DNA from: an uncultured delta proteobacterium
GTDB lineage: Bacteria > Myxococcota_A > Polyangia > Polyangiales > Houyiibacteriaceae
NCBI GenBank assembly: GCA_963699755.1
Contig: CAVOVB010000008.1
Span: 147,638 to 211,637 of the forward strand
DNA length: 64,000 nt
Direction: 5' to 3'
In this document: one piece after another, positions 39,558-49,681 of the stretch
How the letters are laid out: each line of letters opens with the position of its first letter
How positions within the stretch are numbered: the first letter of the stretch is position 1
The notes under the pieces: model-generated
Seen by the model: the letters and a program-made list of their open reading frames with translations, nothing else
Database searches by the model: none
Told to the model about the DNA's origin: nothing
Translations under genes and position numbers: made by a program

Positions 39558-41954
39558 TCAGCGCCGGAGGTACAGCAACCACTCGGCCTTGCGGGGGCCG
39601 CCGACCAGTGATCGCCGGGCGCCGAGATTGAAACCGGCCGCTTTGATCCGGGACTGCACCTCAGAAGCGCATTTGGGGTCGACGACGGCGTAGTCCGCTT
39701 GCTCGAGCAGCGACTCCACTTCAGCTGTCTCGGCCGAAACTCTTGGCTCTGGAAATTCCTTCCGCTGAGGGCCGAACACAGGGGTCGTCATCTGAGACAA
39801 GTCATAGAGGCCGGATCGATACATGTCGTTGCATCCAAAGAATATCACTTTGCCATAGCCGACGTCCGCAGGCGGCGCATCTGGCATGCCGGCGACCCAA
39901 TGGCCGCTCATCGCCTTTTTGTTGCGAGCCCGACGGAGCGCGAAATCGAAAAATACGAGATCGCCGGCAAGCGAATCCCAACCAGAGGATTTGACGCCTC
40001 TCCAGACGATGTGGGTCACTCCCAGCTCTCGATAGAGCTCAAACAGCTCTCGCGGAGATTTCAGCCGCCCATAGCTCATGCCGTACTGCCAGGTGCCCCA
40101 ATCCGAGGTCGTCCGTCGCGAAAGCCCCAGGCTTCCATGGTTCTCATGCAGCATCACGTGTGCGTCTTCAGGAAGCGCGTTTCCAATCGCAACCCATCCT
40201 TGAGAAACCTGGAGGCGCTCTTCGTACTTCTTTTCGTAGCCGGCAGAGAGCAAGTCATTCACTCGTTTGATCGGAGATCGGATCATCGCGTGACTCTGAA
40301 TGAAATAGACGTCGGCGCCGATGAGAATCTGTGTGACGACGAGCAAGGAAACCGCGGCCTTGGCTGCCCAGCCGCTCTGCCAAACGAGAATGATGATCGC
40401 CGCGCTGACCGCTGCCATCCAGGGCACGAGAGTCTGCAAGTAGCGGTCTTGGTGGTGGAGCATGTACCAGGTGAAGATCGCCACCTGCGTCATGATGGCG
40501 AGTCCCCAGATTCGTTTCGTGTTTTTGAAGAACGGCAGGCAGAGAAGGAGCAAGGTGAAGAGGGAGCCGAATACCGGGACCTTGCCGTGGTATCGGGAGT
40601 AGTCGTGCGGAACGAAAGAGAAGGTGAACATCGCGCCCAGCGCTTCCTTCACCCCTTTCCAGCCCGGTGAGGGACTCCAGAATTGGAAGTCCTTGTAGCC
40701 CCAGACGAACAGGTTGGCGGAATCCTGCGTCCATGGTCGCAGGTTGAGGAACTCATGAAGTGACGGGTAGAGTGGATCTCCGTACCAGATCCAGTTCCGA
40801 AGCCAGAAGAATGCAGTTGCTCCGAGAGCCGTGACGGTTGCAGCTGTGGGCCCTTTCCACAGGAGACGTCGCTCGCGAACGGAACGCCAGACGAAGACAG
40901 TGGCGACCACCAGCGCCGGCACGGGAACCAAGAAAACGCCGGCGGTGAGCTTTGGCATTGCGGCTCCGGCCATCATCAGGCCAAGAAAGGCGCACCATCC
41001 CGGGGCCAAGTCGGGCAAGGCTCGCAGCAGGCAAATGAAGATGGGCAGGGCAAACAGCGCCGCGATGTGGTCTGCACCGCAGGCGAGGCTCGAATCGTAG
41101 AGCAGGACACCGGGAAACAGGAAGCGCGCTACCCAGGAAGCGCTGGTACGAGCTCCGGGTACCAGCAAACGCACCGCTGCGGGAATGGTGGCCAGCGTCC
41201 ACAAGAGGCAGGTGAGCTCCATGTGGGCGGAGAGCTCGACCTGGTCGAACAGCCTGGCGTTCGGCAAGAGAAACGCCCAGGTGTAGAGCATGCTGGCAAG
41301 ATGCGGATTGGTTGCGACCGTCCAGCCTTCCCCGAAGCGCGGAATGAAACCGAGGTGCGCGTATTGCTCCGCTAGACCAAGGTGCTTCCAGCGCGCGTCG
41401 AACTGGGCGTTCTCGGGCGTCAGCATCTTGAAGTAGATCATCGCCAGAACCAGAAGGCCGAAAATCCAGATGAGATTTTCGAGAACGCTGCGGGGTTGGG
41501 CCGTGGACCCTCGGTCGCGCTTGCGTCTGGCGTGAGGGCGCAGAAGACGCCACAGCGGCCCAGCGCCCGCAGCGATCATCGCGGCCGGCAACACGAAAAA
41601 CGTTGGCGCCTGGAGTCCGTGAACGGCACCCAAGGCGTTCATTGCCAAGTAGAACATGACTACGCCTGCCGCGAAGCTCAGACAGAGTGTTTCGAGGAGG
41701 GGCCCGTCCGCGTCGGTCAGTCGGCGCAGGATAACGTAGCCGGTGCTGACGCAACCGAGGCTCCAGAACACGCAGGAAAGCCAATAGATCGCGTAGCGCC
41801 AGAATAGCCACTCTTCGACCGGGTAGAACTTGCCGTAGAAGTGGGCGAAACCCAATGCGGCGAGCAGTAGCACGACGGGCAAGAGGAACCCGGCGCCGCG
41901 CAGATATGGCCTCGCTGGGTGCTCTTCTTCGATGGGCGAGTTGCTGGAGGACAT
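39558..41954 (-). CDS. Large multi-pass membrane protein, predicted GT-C fold
   Basis: About 14 or more TMs, FDARWKHL after a TM, RNWIWYGDPLYP, QDRYL and a soluble C-terminal domain. Confidence 0.65.
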   Translation of the reverse strand: MSSSNSPIEEEHPARPYLRGAGFLLPVVLLLAALGFAHFYGKFYPVEEWLFWRYAIYWLSCVFWSLGCVSTGYVILRRLTDADGPLLETLCLSFAAGVVMFYLAMNALGAVHGLQAPTFFVLPAAMIAAGAGPLWRLLRPHARRKRDRGSTAQPRSVLENLIWIFGLLVLAMIYFKMLTPENAQFDARWKHLGLAEQYAHLGFIPRFGEGWTVATNPHLASMLYTWAFLLPNARLFDQVELSAHMELTCLLWTLATIPAAVRLLVPGARTSASWVARFLFPGVLLYDSSLACGADHIAALFALPIFICLLRALPDLAPGWCAFLGLMMAGAAMPKLTAGVFLVPVPALVVATVFVWRSVRERRLLWKGPTAATVTALGATAFFWLRNWIWYGDPLYPSLHEFLNLRPWTQDSANLFVWGYKDFQFWSPSPGWKGVKEALGAMFTFSFVPHDYSRYHGKVPVFGSLFTLLLLCLPFFKNTKRIWGLAIMTQVAIFTWYMLHHQDRYLQTLVPWMAAVSAAIIILVWQSGWAAKAAVSLLVVTQILIGADVYFIQSHAMIRSPIKRVNDLLSAGYEKKYEERLQVSQGWVAIGNALPEDAHVMLHENHGSLGLSRRTTSDWGTWQYGMSYGRLKSPRELFELYRELGVTHIVWRGVKSSGWDSLAGDLVFFDFALRRARNKKAMSGHWVAGMPDAPPADVGYGKVIFFGCNDMYRSGLYDLSQMTTPVFGPQRKEFPEPRVSAETAEVESLLEQADYAVVDPKCASEVQSRIKAAGFNLGARRSLVGGPRKAEWLLYLRR

Positions 41955-42185
41955 CGTTGAGCGCTTGGTCGATGAAGGCTAACGGGGGGGGCGACTATGC
42001 GCAATGGCGACTCGCTGGGTCGACTAGGTCGCAGCCTTCTCGACATGCCGAGGTTCGGCCATCACGAAGCGACCACCAAGCGCATATCATCCAGCTAGCG
42101 ATACGGCGCTGCGGTTGCACGGGCCAATCCAAGCGACTAGACCCGCGTTCTAGCCGGCAGGGGACTGTTGCCGAGAGGAGAAGCG

Positions 42186-43118
42186 ATGAAGAATGCGTTC
42201 GCGCGTGGTTTGATATTGATGCCAGCGTTCCTGGTTCTCAGCAGCTGCAACAAAGACGGGGGCTCTGCGACGGCTGCCGACGCCAAGGCCGACCCGGTTC
42301 TTCTTCTGGAAGCCGGTGCCGAGCCGCAGGCGCCGCTTCGGTACAAGATTGCGGAAGGCACGACGACGAAATCGAACATGGACTTCACCATAGCGACCTT
42401 GGCGACGACGGATGAAGACGCGGCGCTGTCCGTCGTGCCTGGCGTTCGACTCCACATCGTGTCTGGGCCTGCCTTGCCGACCGAGCGCGGCGTGAAGTTC
42501 GAGGTCCAGATCACGAAGGCCGAGGCTGCCGTTCCGGAGGGTCTCGACCCGAAAGTTGCCGAGGAGCTGCGGCAGAGCGCCTCCATTCTCGACGACGTGG
42601 GTGGCACGGTCGAGATGGACGACCGGGGCATCGCCCTCGCAATGGAGCTCAACGACAAAGCCAAGAGCCCTGACATTCCGCTTCGCCTCCTGATGATGAT
42701 CGTCAACGCCCGCACCACGCTTTCCCGTGTCGTCTTGCCGGCTGGGCCTGTGGGCCTCGGCGCGCGCTGGGAGGCCCGTAAGGAGCTCGAGCTCTACGGC
42801 TTCAAGGTGCAGCAGGTCGACACCTACACACTGGTGGACCGTGTTGGTGATGAGATCAAGCTCAACGTCGCGGTCACGCAGAACGCGCTTCCGCAGACAG
42901 TCGACTTCCCCGATGAAGGCATTGCGATCGCGGTCGAGCAGATGACGGCGAACGCGAGCGGCGAAATCATTCTCAACTTGAACGCCCTCGAGTCGGATGC
43001 GGCCGCGGCGGGCAATGCGACGGACAGGCTCGCGGTGACCGGCCCGGAAGGCACCGAAAAGATCGAGGTGGACGAGGCCTTCGAGATCCGGATGACCAAC
43101 ACGACCGCGTTTGAATAG
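42186..43118 (+). CDS. Lipoprotein of unknown function (DUF6263-like)
   Basis: RBS GAGGAG, lipobox LSSC, LLEAGAEPQAPLRY and LPAGPVGLGARW. Confidence 0.65.
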   Translation: MKNAFARGLILMPAFLVLSSCNKDGGSATAADAKADPVLLLEAGAEPQAPLRYKIAEGTTTKSNMDFTIATLATTDEDAALSVVPGVRLHIVSGPALPTERGVKFEVQITKAEAAVPEGLDPKVAEELRQSASILDDVGGTVEMDDRGIALAMELNDKAKSPDIPLRLLMMIVNARTTLSRVVLPAGPVGLGARWEARKELELYGFKVQQVDTYTLVDRVGDEIKLNVAVTQNALPQTVDFPDEGIAIAVEQMTANASGEIILNLNALESDAAAAGNATDRLAVTGPEGTEKIEVDEAFEIRMTNTTAFE

Positions 43119-43130
43119 AGCAGGGAGGCG

Positions 43131-44588
43131 GTGAGCGAGCACCGAGAGACCTTCGATGCTGTGGTGGTGGGCTCTGGTCCGAACGGCCTAAGCGCCGCCG
43201 TTGCCTTGGCGCAGGCGGGCGCGTCGGTCTTGGTGCTCGAAGCCTCGAACGAGGTCGGCGGGGGAGCTCGCACGGCGGAGCTCACCAAGCCTGGCTTTCA
43301 TCACGACGTCTGTTCGGCCGTGCACACCACAGGCATCCTTTCGCCATTCTTTCGATCGCTCCCACTCGAAGAACACGGGCTTCGATGGATCTCGCCCGGA
43401 GCCTCCGTCGCGCATCCGCTCGACGATCAGCCGGCAGTGATGATGTGGCGGTCGCTCGAAGAGACGGCCAGGGAGCTCGGCGCCGACGCGAGCAGCTACC
43501 GCACCCTGATCGCCCCGTTTCTCGAAAAATGGGAGGGATTCTTCGGGGACGCGCTCGGGCCGCTCGGCTGGCCTGCTGACCCTCTCACCTTTGCTCGCTT
43601 TGGGCTGCGTGCGATGTGGCCGGCTACCAGGTTCGCCAATTGGCGATTTCAGCAGTCGCGGGCGAAGGCGCTCTTTGCAGGCTGCGCGGGTCATAGCGTA
43701 CTGCCACTGAACAAGGTCTTCACAGCGGCGCTTGGTCTGATCTTTTCGATCGCAGGGCACGTGGAGCCCTGGCCGGTCGCCGCAGGGGGATCGCAAGCGA
43801 TTCCGCGCGCACTCGAAAGCCTGCTGCGTGAGCTTGGTGGGGAGGTTCGCACCGGCGTTCGCGTGACGACGGCGGCCGAGCTTCCGGCGGCGCGCGTGGT
43901 TCTCTTCGACACCAGTCCCGATCAGCTCGCTTCGATCGCTGGTTCCACATTGCCGGCCGGCTACCGTATGCGGCTCGGCCGATATCGCTACGGCCCCGGC
44001 GCCTTCAAGCTCGATTGGGCGCTCGACGGCCCGATCCCCTGGCGCGACCCACGCTGTCTCGAAGCGTCCACCGTGCACCTAGGCGGGACGCTCGAAGAAA
44101 TCGCGGCAAGTGAGGCGGAGATGTTTCAGGGCAGCCATCCGAGGCGCCCATACGTGTTGCTCTGCCAGCAGAGTCAGTTGGACCTGAGCCGTGCGCCCGA
44201 AGGGAAACAGACGGGGTATGCGTACTGCCACGTCCCCGGCGGATCGACGGTCGACATGACCGAGGCGATCGAGAACCAAGTCGAACGCTTCGCCCCCGGC
44301 TTCAAGGATCGAATCCTGGCTCGGCACACGATGCATACCCTCGACTTTCATCGCTACAACTCGAACTACGTGGGTGGCGCGATCACGGGCGGCGTCGCGG
44401 ACGTCTTTCAGCTCTTTACCCGGCCCGTCGCGAGACTCGATCCGTACTCGACCCCGAACCCGCGCCTCTTCATTTGCTCGGCGTCGACTCCGCCGGGGGG
44501 TGGCGTGCATGGGATGTGCGGCTTCCACGCCGCGCAGAGCGCCTTGAAACGAATGGAGCGCCTCGAGCCCGCAAGGCTGAGCCCGTAG
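43131..44588 (+). CDS. Phytoene dehydrogenase-like NAD(P)/FAD-dependent oxidoreductase
   Basis: VVGSGPNGLSAA, GGGART..HDVCSAVH and CSASTPPGGGVHGMCG. Confidence 0.88.
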   Translation: MSEHRETFDAVVVGSGPNGLSAAVALAQAGASVLVLEASNEVGGGARTAELTKPGFHHDVCSAVHTTGILSPFFRSLPLEEHGLRWISPGASVAHPLDDQPAVMMWRSLEETARELGADASSYRTLIAPFLEKWEGFFGDALGPLGWPADPLTFARFGLRAMWPATRFANWRFQQSRAKALFAGCAGHSVLPLNKVFTAALGLIFSIAGHVEPWPVAAGGSQAIPRALESLLRELGGEVRTGVRVTTAAELPAARVVLFDTSPDQLASIAGSTLPAGYRMRLGRYRYGPGAFKLDWALDGPIPWRDPRCLEASTVHLGGTLEEIAASEAEMFQGSHPRRPYVLLCQQSQLDLSRAPEGKQTGYAYCHVPGGSTVDMTEAIENQVERFAPGFKDRILARHTMHTLDFHRYNSNYVGGAITGGVADVFQLFTRPVARLDPYSTPNPRLFICSASTPPGGGVHGMCGFHAAQSALKRMERLEPARLSP

Positions 44589-44596
44589 CGTCGTCG

Positions 44597-44965
44597 TCAG
44601 GTGAACCAGTAGGCCCAGGCGATGAACAGGAGCTGAAACGGCAAGCGCAGCCACAGGGCCCAGCGCGGAATCGGCTTCTTGGGGTTGAGCGAGATGTTGT
44701 GGGTGAGCATGTAGATGTTGGCTGGGAACACCGCGACGTAGAGCGCGATCAGGCCCCACGCCGCCCAAGCTCGCGCGTCAGGGATCAGCAAGCCAATGCC
44801 GCCGAGGATTTCAAAGAACCCACTGATGTAGACCAACGCGAGGGGCGCCGGCAGAAACTTAGGGACGATCCGAACGAATGGTTTGGGGCGGGCGAAGTGA
44901 AGAAGGCCCACGGCGACCATCGAGACGGCGAGAAGGACCAGGGCGGCGAGCTTGAATGGGGGCAT
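44597..44965 (-). CDS. DoxX-like membrane protein
   Basis: GLLHF..F..IVP, SGFFEILGG, AVFPANIYM and RLPFQ. Confidence 0.85.
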   Translation of the reverse strand: MPPFKLAALVLLAVSMVAVGLLHFARPKPFVRIVPKFLPAPLALVYISGFFEILGGIGLLIPDARAWAAWGLIALYVAVFPANIYMLTHNISLNPKKPIPRWALWLRLPFQLLFIAWAYWFT

Positions 44966-45067
44966 CTCTAGGCTTGTACCCCAGTGGCTGCCTGAACGAC
45001 AGCGTCGGTGCCGGTGCCAGCGTCAAGAAGGCTTCATGTGCTAGAGCCTCCGCGTGGGCCGGAGAGT

Positions 45068-46315
45068 ATGAGCCTTAGTCGCCACAAGCCCCTCCGGGCG
45101 GAGCAGTTCACTACGGCGCGGGCTGTGCAGCCGTTCTGGTATCGTGCTGTAAATTTCGTCGGTCGCGTTCTGCCGAGCTTTGGGAAGCCATCGGCGGAGG
45201 CTTGGTTCGAAAAAGCCAAGCGACGGAATCCGGGTGTCGGCGACCCCAGGCCCGAAACCCTTGCGGCGCTCGACGCCCTGCTGCGCTCGGTGGACGAAGA
45301 TGCGGCCTTGAGCTTCTCGGGTGGTATCGCTGCGCAGATCGATTCTCTCCGCATGGCTGGCCAGCACTTGCAAATCGAGCAGGCACTTCGTGAGCAGCCG
45401 GACATTCTGAAGACCGAGATTCCGTCGCCGATCTTCCTGATCGGCTGGATGCGGACGGGCACGACCTTCGTTCATCGCTTGATGGCCCAGGACCCCGAGA
45501 CGCGGACGATGCCCTACTGGGAGAGCATGTATCCCGTGCCGCCGAAGAGCGGGAAAGATGACCGCGCGGAGCAACTCGCCCATGTCCTCAAGCAGCTCGA
45601 GAGGATCTCGCCGAACTACGCGGCGATACATCCGATGGGCGCGAGCGAGCCCGAGGAATGCGTTGCGCTTTTCACCAATGTCTTCCGCACCCTTCAATAC
45701 AACGTTCAGTACCGTGTGCCTGGCTATGTCGAGTGGCTCCGGGCGCAGGATCCCCGAATCGCGTACGGCCAGTATCGGCAGCAGCTCCAGCTGGTTCAGT
45801 ATTTCAGGCCGCAGGGCAGCAGGTTCGCGCTCAAAGACCCGACGCATTCGGTCTTTGTCGACACCATCCTCGAGCTTTTTCCCGATGCTCGCTTCGTCTT
45901 CACGCATCGTGACCCCGCGTCGACGATCAGCTCACTTTGCAGCCTCTACGCCTACACGCGCGCGCTCTTCAGCGACGACGTCGACCCGCAGGCCCTTGGG
46001 CTGGAGCTGCTGAACAGCTACCTCCCGGGATCACTCGAGCGCGCTCTCGAGCTCGTCGATGCCTTGCCACGCGGCAGGGTCGCGCACATGCGGCACCTTG
46101 ACGTGCGGCGTGACCCCATTGGCACGATGACTCAGGCGTATCGAGAGCTCGGCATGGAGCTGAGCGCTCCGGCCCGCGAAGCGATGCAGGCGATGATCGA
46201 TGCGGAGAGTCCGAAACCCCGCGATGTTCACATCCACAGCCCGGAGGGGTTTGGGCTCGCATCAGATGAGATCCGCGAGCGTCTGCCCGCGTACTGCCAG
46301 CGCTTCGACCTATGA
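45068..46315 (+). CDS. Sulfotransferase family protein
   Basis: IGWMRTGTTFVHRL, PEEC, LKDPTH and FPDARFVFTHRDP. Confidence 0.88.
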   Translation: MSLSRHKPLRAEQFTTARAVQPFWYRAVNFVGRVLPSFGKPSAEAWFEKAKRRNPGVGDPRPETLAALDALLRSVDEDAALSFSGGIAAQIDSLRMAGQHLQIEQALREQPDILKTEIPSPIFLIGWMRTGTTFVHRLMAQDPETRTMPYWESMYPVPPKSGKDDRAEQLAHVLKQLERISPNYAAIHPMGASEPEECVALFTNVFRTLQYNVQYRVPGYVEWLRAQDPRIAYGQYRQQLQLVQYFRPQGSRFALKDPTHSVFVDTILELFPDARFVFTHRDPASTISSLCSLYAYTRALFSDDVDPQALGLELLNSYLPGSLERALELVDALPRGRVAHMRHLDVRRDPIGTMTQAYRELGMELSAPAREAMQAMIDAESPKPRDVHIHSPEGFGLASDEIRERLPAYCQRFDL

Positions 46316-46837
46316 GCCCTCGGGGTGCTTGCTGAGCTTCGCTTTCGCCCCCGCGAAGAGCCGCCGAACCTTCACGCCTCCCCAAATGAAGGCGATGAGC
46401 AAGAGCACGAGAACCACCATGTTGAACCATGGGACATACACGTAGTCTGGTTCGACCTCCTTCAATGAGATCGCGTTCGGGTACGAGTCGAAGATCGCGA
46501 TGCGCAGGCCGTAGTAAGTGATGAGCGCGGTCTCATCGACCTCGTTCTTGGCGAGCTTCGACGCCTCGGCGGCGATGTCGCCGGAGTCCCATTTGAGGTA
46601 CCAAGCGTTGTCCTCATTGCGAAAGACGCGCGCCTTCCGCGTCGCTTGTTCCTCCGCGTAGATGAACCGAACGTCGCGGCTCCGGTGCTCCCCGGTCGCA
46701 GGGTCCTTGGTGTCCATTCGTTTGACCTCGGTTCCGGTCACTACGACCTTGGTCGCGCGAGGCATGAAGTAGTAGAGCGTCCCTGCGAAGAGCAGGGCCA
46801 CCAAGACCGCAAGCGCTATGCCTAGTTTTCGCATCAT
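46310..46837 (-). CDS. DUF1523-like membrane-anchored protein
   Basis: TMs at both ends, VVVTGTEVKR, VFRNED..YLKWDSGDI and YYGLRI..YPNAIS. Confidence 0.72.
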   Translation of the reverse strand: MMRKLGIALAVLVALLFAGTLYYFMPRATKVVVTGTEVKRMDTKDPATGEHRSRDVRFIYAEEQATRKARVFRNEDNAWYLKWDSGDIAAEASKLAKNEVDETALITYYGLRIAIFDSYPNAISLKEVEPDYVYVPWFNMVVLVLLLIAFIWGGVKVRRLFAGAKAKLSKHPEGS

Positions 46838-46899
46838 GTTGGCTCCCAGGGCAGGAGTCATACGGCTACAACGGGGGCCCGCGCAACCGAGAAGGGTGT

Positions 46900-47772
46900 T
46901 CAGAGGCCGCGCGACCACTCCGGTCGCAGGGCAAGGTCACCGGCCAGTGCTTTGTCGAGCACCGCGACGATGCGCTCGCGGTCTTCTGGGAGACGACCTG
47001 CGAGCGGCAGGTAGTTTGACGCGTGGTTCGTGCGAAACACCGCATCGGTCGGCGAGGCCTCGGCCACGATGGTGCGTAGCTCTTCGAGCATCTGAGTCAC
47101 CGAGGGAAGCGTGAACTTGCCCTGAACCTGCATCTTGGCGATCGGTGTTCCCGGCAGCACGGTCAAGGTGAGGGCCGAGACGAACTCTGGGTCCATTTCG
47201 GTGATGAGCTTGGCCGAGCCTTCCGCATGTTCCTTCGTGCGTGTGGTGCCCCCAGCCCCGAGCAAGAAGATCGCAGAGATCTGCATGTCCGCTTCGTGCG
47301 CCCGGCGCGCAGCCTCGACGTGGTCCGCGAAGTCGGACCCCTTGGCGATGCGCTTGAAGGTGCGGTCGTCGCCGGTTTCCGGGCCCATGTAGAGAAGCGA
47401 GAGGCCGAGCCCGCGAAGTTGTCGAAGCTCGTCGGGGCCTTTCTCATTGACGTTCATCGCCGTCGCGTAGGCGCTGACCCGTTGCAGTCTTGGAAACGCG
47501 TCGCGGCAGGCCGTCAAAACGGCTTCCCAATGCTCGAGCTCGAGGACAAGGGCGTCTCCGTCGGCCACGAAGACCTTGGTCACATTGGCACCGAAGCTCT
47601 GCCCGGCTTCCTCGATGTCGGCGAGGGTTTCAGCGAGGTCGCGAACGCGAAACGACTTGCGCCGGTACATGTCGCAGTAGGTGCAGCGGTTCCACGAGCA
47701 ACCCACCGTCGCCTGCAAGATGTACGCGTCGGCCTCGCTCGGCGGCCGGAAGATCTGCCCTTCGTATCGCAT
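46900..47772 (-). CDS. Radical SAM protein of unknown function
   Basis: RPPSEA, CSWNRCTYC (CxxxCxxC), FVADGDAL and FRTNHASNYL. Confidence 0.9.
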   Translation of the reverse strand: MRYEGQIFRPPSEADAYILQATVGCSWNRCTYCDMYRRKSFRVRDLAETLADIEEAGQSFGANVTKVFVADGDALVLELEHWEAVLTACRDAFPRLQRVSAYATAMNVNEKGPDELRQLRGLGLSLLYMGPETGDDRTFKRIAKGSDFADHVEAARRAHEADMQISAIFLLGAGGTTRTKEHAEGSAKLITEMDPEFVSALTLTVLPGTPIAKMQVQGKFTLPSVTQMLEELRTIVAEASPTDAVFRTNHASNYLPLAGRLPEDRERIVAVLDKALAGDLALRPEWSRGL

Positions 47773-47793
47773 CGGGAGAGGGCGAAGCTTAGC

Positions 47794-48401
47794 TCATGCT
47801 CCGGATCCTGCGATTCGCGCTCGCAACGGAGGCAAGCGCTGGGTCCAAAGCTCGCGAACGGCGGCAGCAGCCAGCGGAATCGCCAGCTTCGGCCTGAGCA
47901 ATGCGTTCCAGGGTGCCTCGCAAATGATGATGTCTGCCCAGACGAAGCAAAACTCGTCGTCTCGCTCGTTGGCGACCTTGGCCATCGGGTCGACGAGTTC
48001 GGGGTAGCGAGCCACGAGCTGCGCAGGCTTCGATCAAGGTTTTGGCAGCTTTCTCGGCGCCCTCCATCGCAAACTGGATGCCTTCTGCGGTGAGGGGGTC
48101 GATGCGCCCGGCCGCATCGCCGATGATGAGGAGATTGTTCGCCTAGCTCTCCGGGATGCGCCACCGAGGCGGAGCCAAGCGCCCTTCATGGGCTCGATCG
48201 TGTAGCTCGAACCCAGGTGCCGACGGATGATCCTCTTGTTCTCGAGCAGGTCATGGTGCATCGCCTTCAAGTCCGACGGAACCGCCTTGCCACCCGGGAT
48301 GATGTACGTGCAGAAGTTCAGCTCGTCGTTCGGGTGCCGGAAGATCGCGGCGTACCCCGGGAGCAGGTCTCGCTCCATCGAGCAAATAGCGTCCTCGGTG
48401 C
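47794..48401 (-). pseudogene. Remnant of a geranylgeranyl-reductase-type FAD oxidoreductase
   Basis: Fragments in three frames: ..LLPGYAAIF..WLRLGG / IPES*ANNLLIIGDAAGRIDPLTAEGIQFAMEG / ARYPELVD.. There is an in-frame TAG at 48143-48145 and the N-terminal GxGxxG is absent. Confidence 0.75.
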
Positions 48402-49643
48402 CTACGCGTGGACCGCGAAGGTCATTCCCGCGGCGCGCAATCGGTCGACCAGAAGCATCCCCATCGCTTTGCCGGGGGTCAGGACGCCACCTTCTGCTTC
48501 GAGCTCCTGGCCTTGCAATGCGAGACAGAGCGCGGCCTCCGAAAGCATGACAGCCGTCGATCCGTAACCGGGGTCGCGTTGATCCGAGACGGTGGCGCGC
48601 AGGGATTGCCCATCGCCGAGCGCTATGAGCTCGGTTCTGAAGCGGCCTTTCGCGCGGGCTTCGGCGCTCGGTCCTTCACCGGGGGAAGGGAGGCGCTTCT
48701 CCACCAACGGTCTCGTGAAGGGAATGGCCAAGGAGGCGAGGAAGGCGACCATCCCGGCGGCGAGCGCTAGGGCTGCCGAGAGCCCCTTCGCGCCCTTGCC
48801 GGTTCCCATCACCTCGGAGTACCGGAAGTCTGCTCCCCAGGGCTGACCCATCAGCGCGTGGCTTCGCCGAACGATGCGCGTATTGATGGCCGCCATGATG
48901 AACGGCCCCGTCCACATATTGAAGTCTTTATCGAAGCGTGCGCCGTTCTGATCGCCCTTGTCAGGACCGCGCATGCCCTTGGGATTGAGCGCGTAAGGAT
49001 TGCCGAGCACCTTTCGGAGACCCGGGTTCTCTTTCATCTCGTCGACGATGTTCATCATGCTCGCGATCGTCCCGCCGCTGAATGCGCCCCGCATGTCAAC
49101 CGCGGCCATCTTGACCTCGGTGGCGTACTTGCCGTTCCGTTGCGCGAAGGCTTCTTGAACCATCAAGGTGCCGAGGTCGGAGGGAATCGAGTCGTAGCCG
49201 CAGCAGTGTACAATCCGTGCGCCTGTCTTCTTTGCTTCTTCGTGATGGGCGTCGATCATCGCGCGCACGAAATGGGTTTCGCCGGTCAAGTCGCAGTAGT
49301 CCGTCCCGTTTCGCACGCAGGCGGCCACGACTTCCGCGCCGTACTTGGCGTAGGGACCGACCGTGCTGATCAGGACTTCGCTTTTCGACGCGATCGCGTT
49401 GAGGGAGTCGACATCGAAGCTGTCGCCGAGCAGAATGGGAAGCTCTGGGGCGCCGATCTCGTTGGCGACTTCTCTTAGCTTATCCTCGTTGCGTCCAGCC
49501 AGTGCGAGCCGAAGCCCGGTGTCGCCACCGAGGTAGTTGCGGACGAGATAGTCGGCCACGAGGCGTCCGGTGAAGCCAGTGGCACCCCAGAGAACGATGT
49601 CGAATTCACGGGAGCGATCGCGGGGGCGTGGGAGCTTGCTCAT
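48402..49643 (-). CDS. Saccharopine dehydrogenase-like oxidoreductase (trans-acting enoyl reductase family)
   Basis: WGATGFTG, TVGPY..YG, YCDLTGE, CGYDSIPSDLG and DPGYGST. Confidence 0.9.
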   Translation of the reverse strand: MSKLPRPRDRSREFDIVLWGATGFTGRLVADYLVRNYLGGDTGLRLALAGRNEDKLREVANEIGAPELPILLGDSFDVDSLNAIASKSEVLISTVGPYAKYGAEVVAACVRNGTDYCDLTGETHFVRAMIDAHHEEAKKTGARIVHCCGYDSIPSDLGTLMVQEAFAQRNGKYATEVKMAAVDMRGAFSGGTIASMMNIVDEMKENPGLRKVLGNPYALNPKGMRGPDKGDQNGARFDKDFNMWTGPFIMAAINTRIVRRSHALMGQPWGADFRYSEVMGTGKGAKGLSAALALAAGMVAFLASLAIPFTRPLVEKRLPSPGEGPSAEARAKGRFRTELIALGDGQSLRATVSDQRDPGYGSTAVMLSEAALCLALQGQELEAEGGVLTPGKAMGMLLVDRLRAAGMTFAVHA

Positions 49644-49681
49644 CGGGATCTCATAGAGCAGCTACAGCGCCAGCGCCAGGG

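Noticed and set aside
42150..43142. Long antisense ORFs (also 9841-11103, 29343-30824, 35089-36852, 38381-39535 and 52026-53531)
   Set aside because: Stop-free antisense frames are expected from GC-rich codon bias. They show no recognisable motifs, whereas the opposite strand does.
46900..47772. Radical SAM protein as the anaerobic sulfatase-maturating enzyme for the two sulfatases
   Set aside because: It is only 290 aa and has no Cys-rich SPASM extension, which anSME enzymes require.
48143..48145. In-frame TAG as pyrrolysine or readthrough
   Set aside because: It is accompanied by frameshifts and loss of the 5' half, so decay is the simpler explanation.
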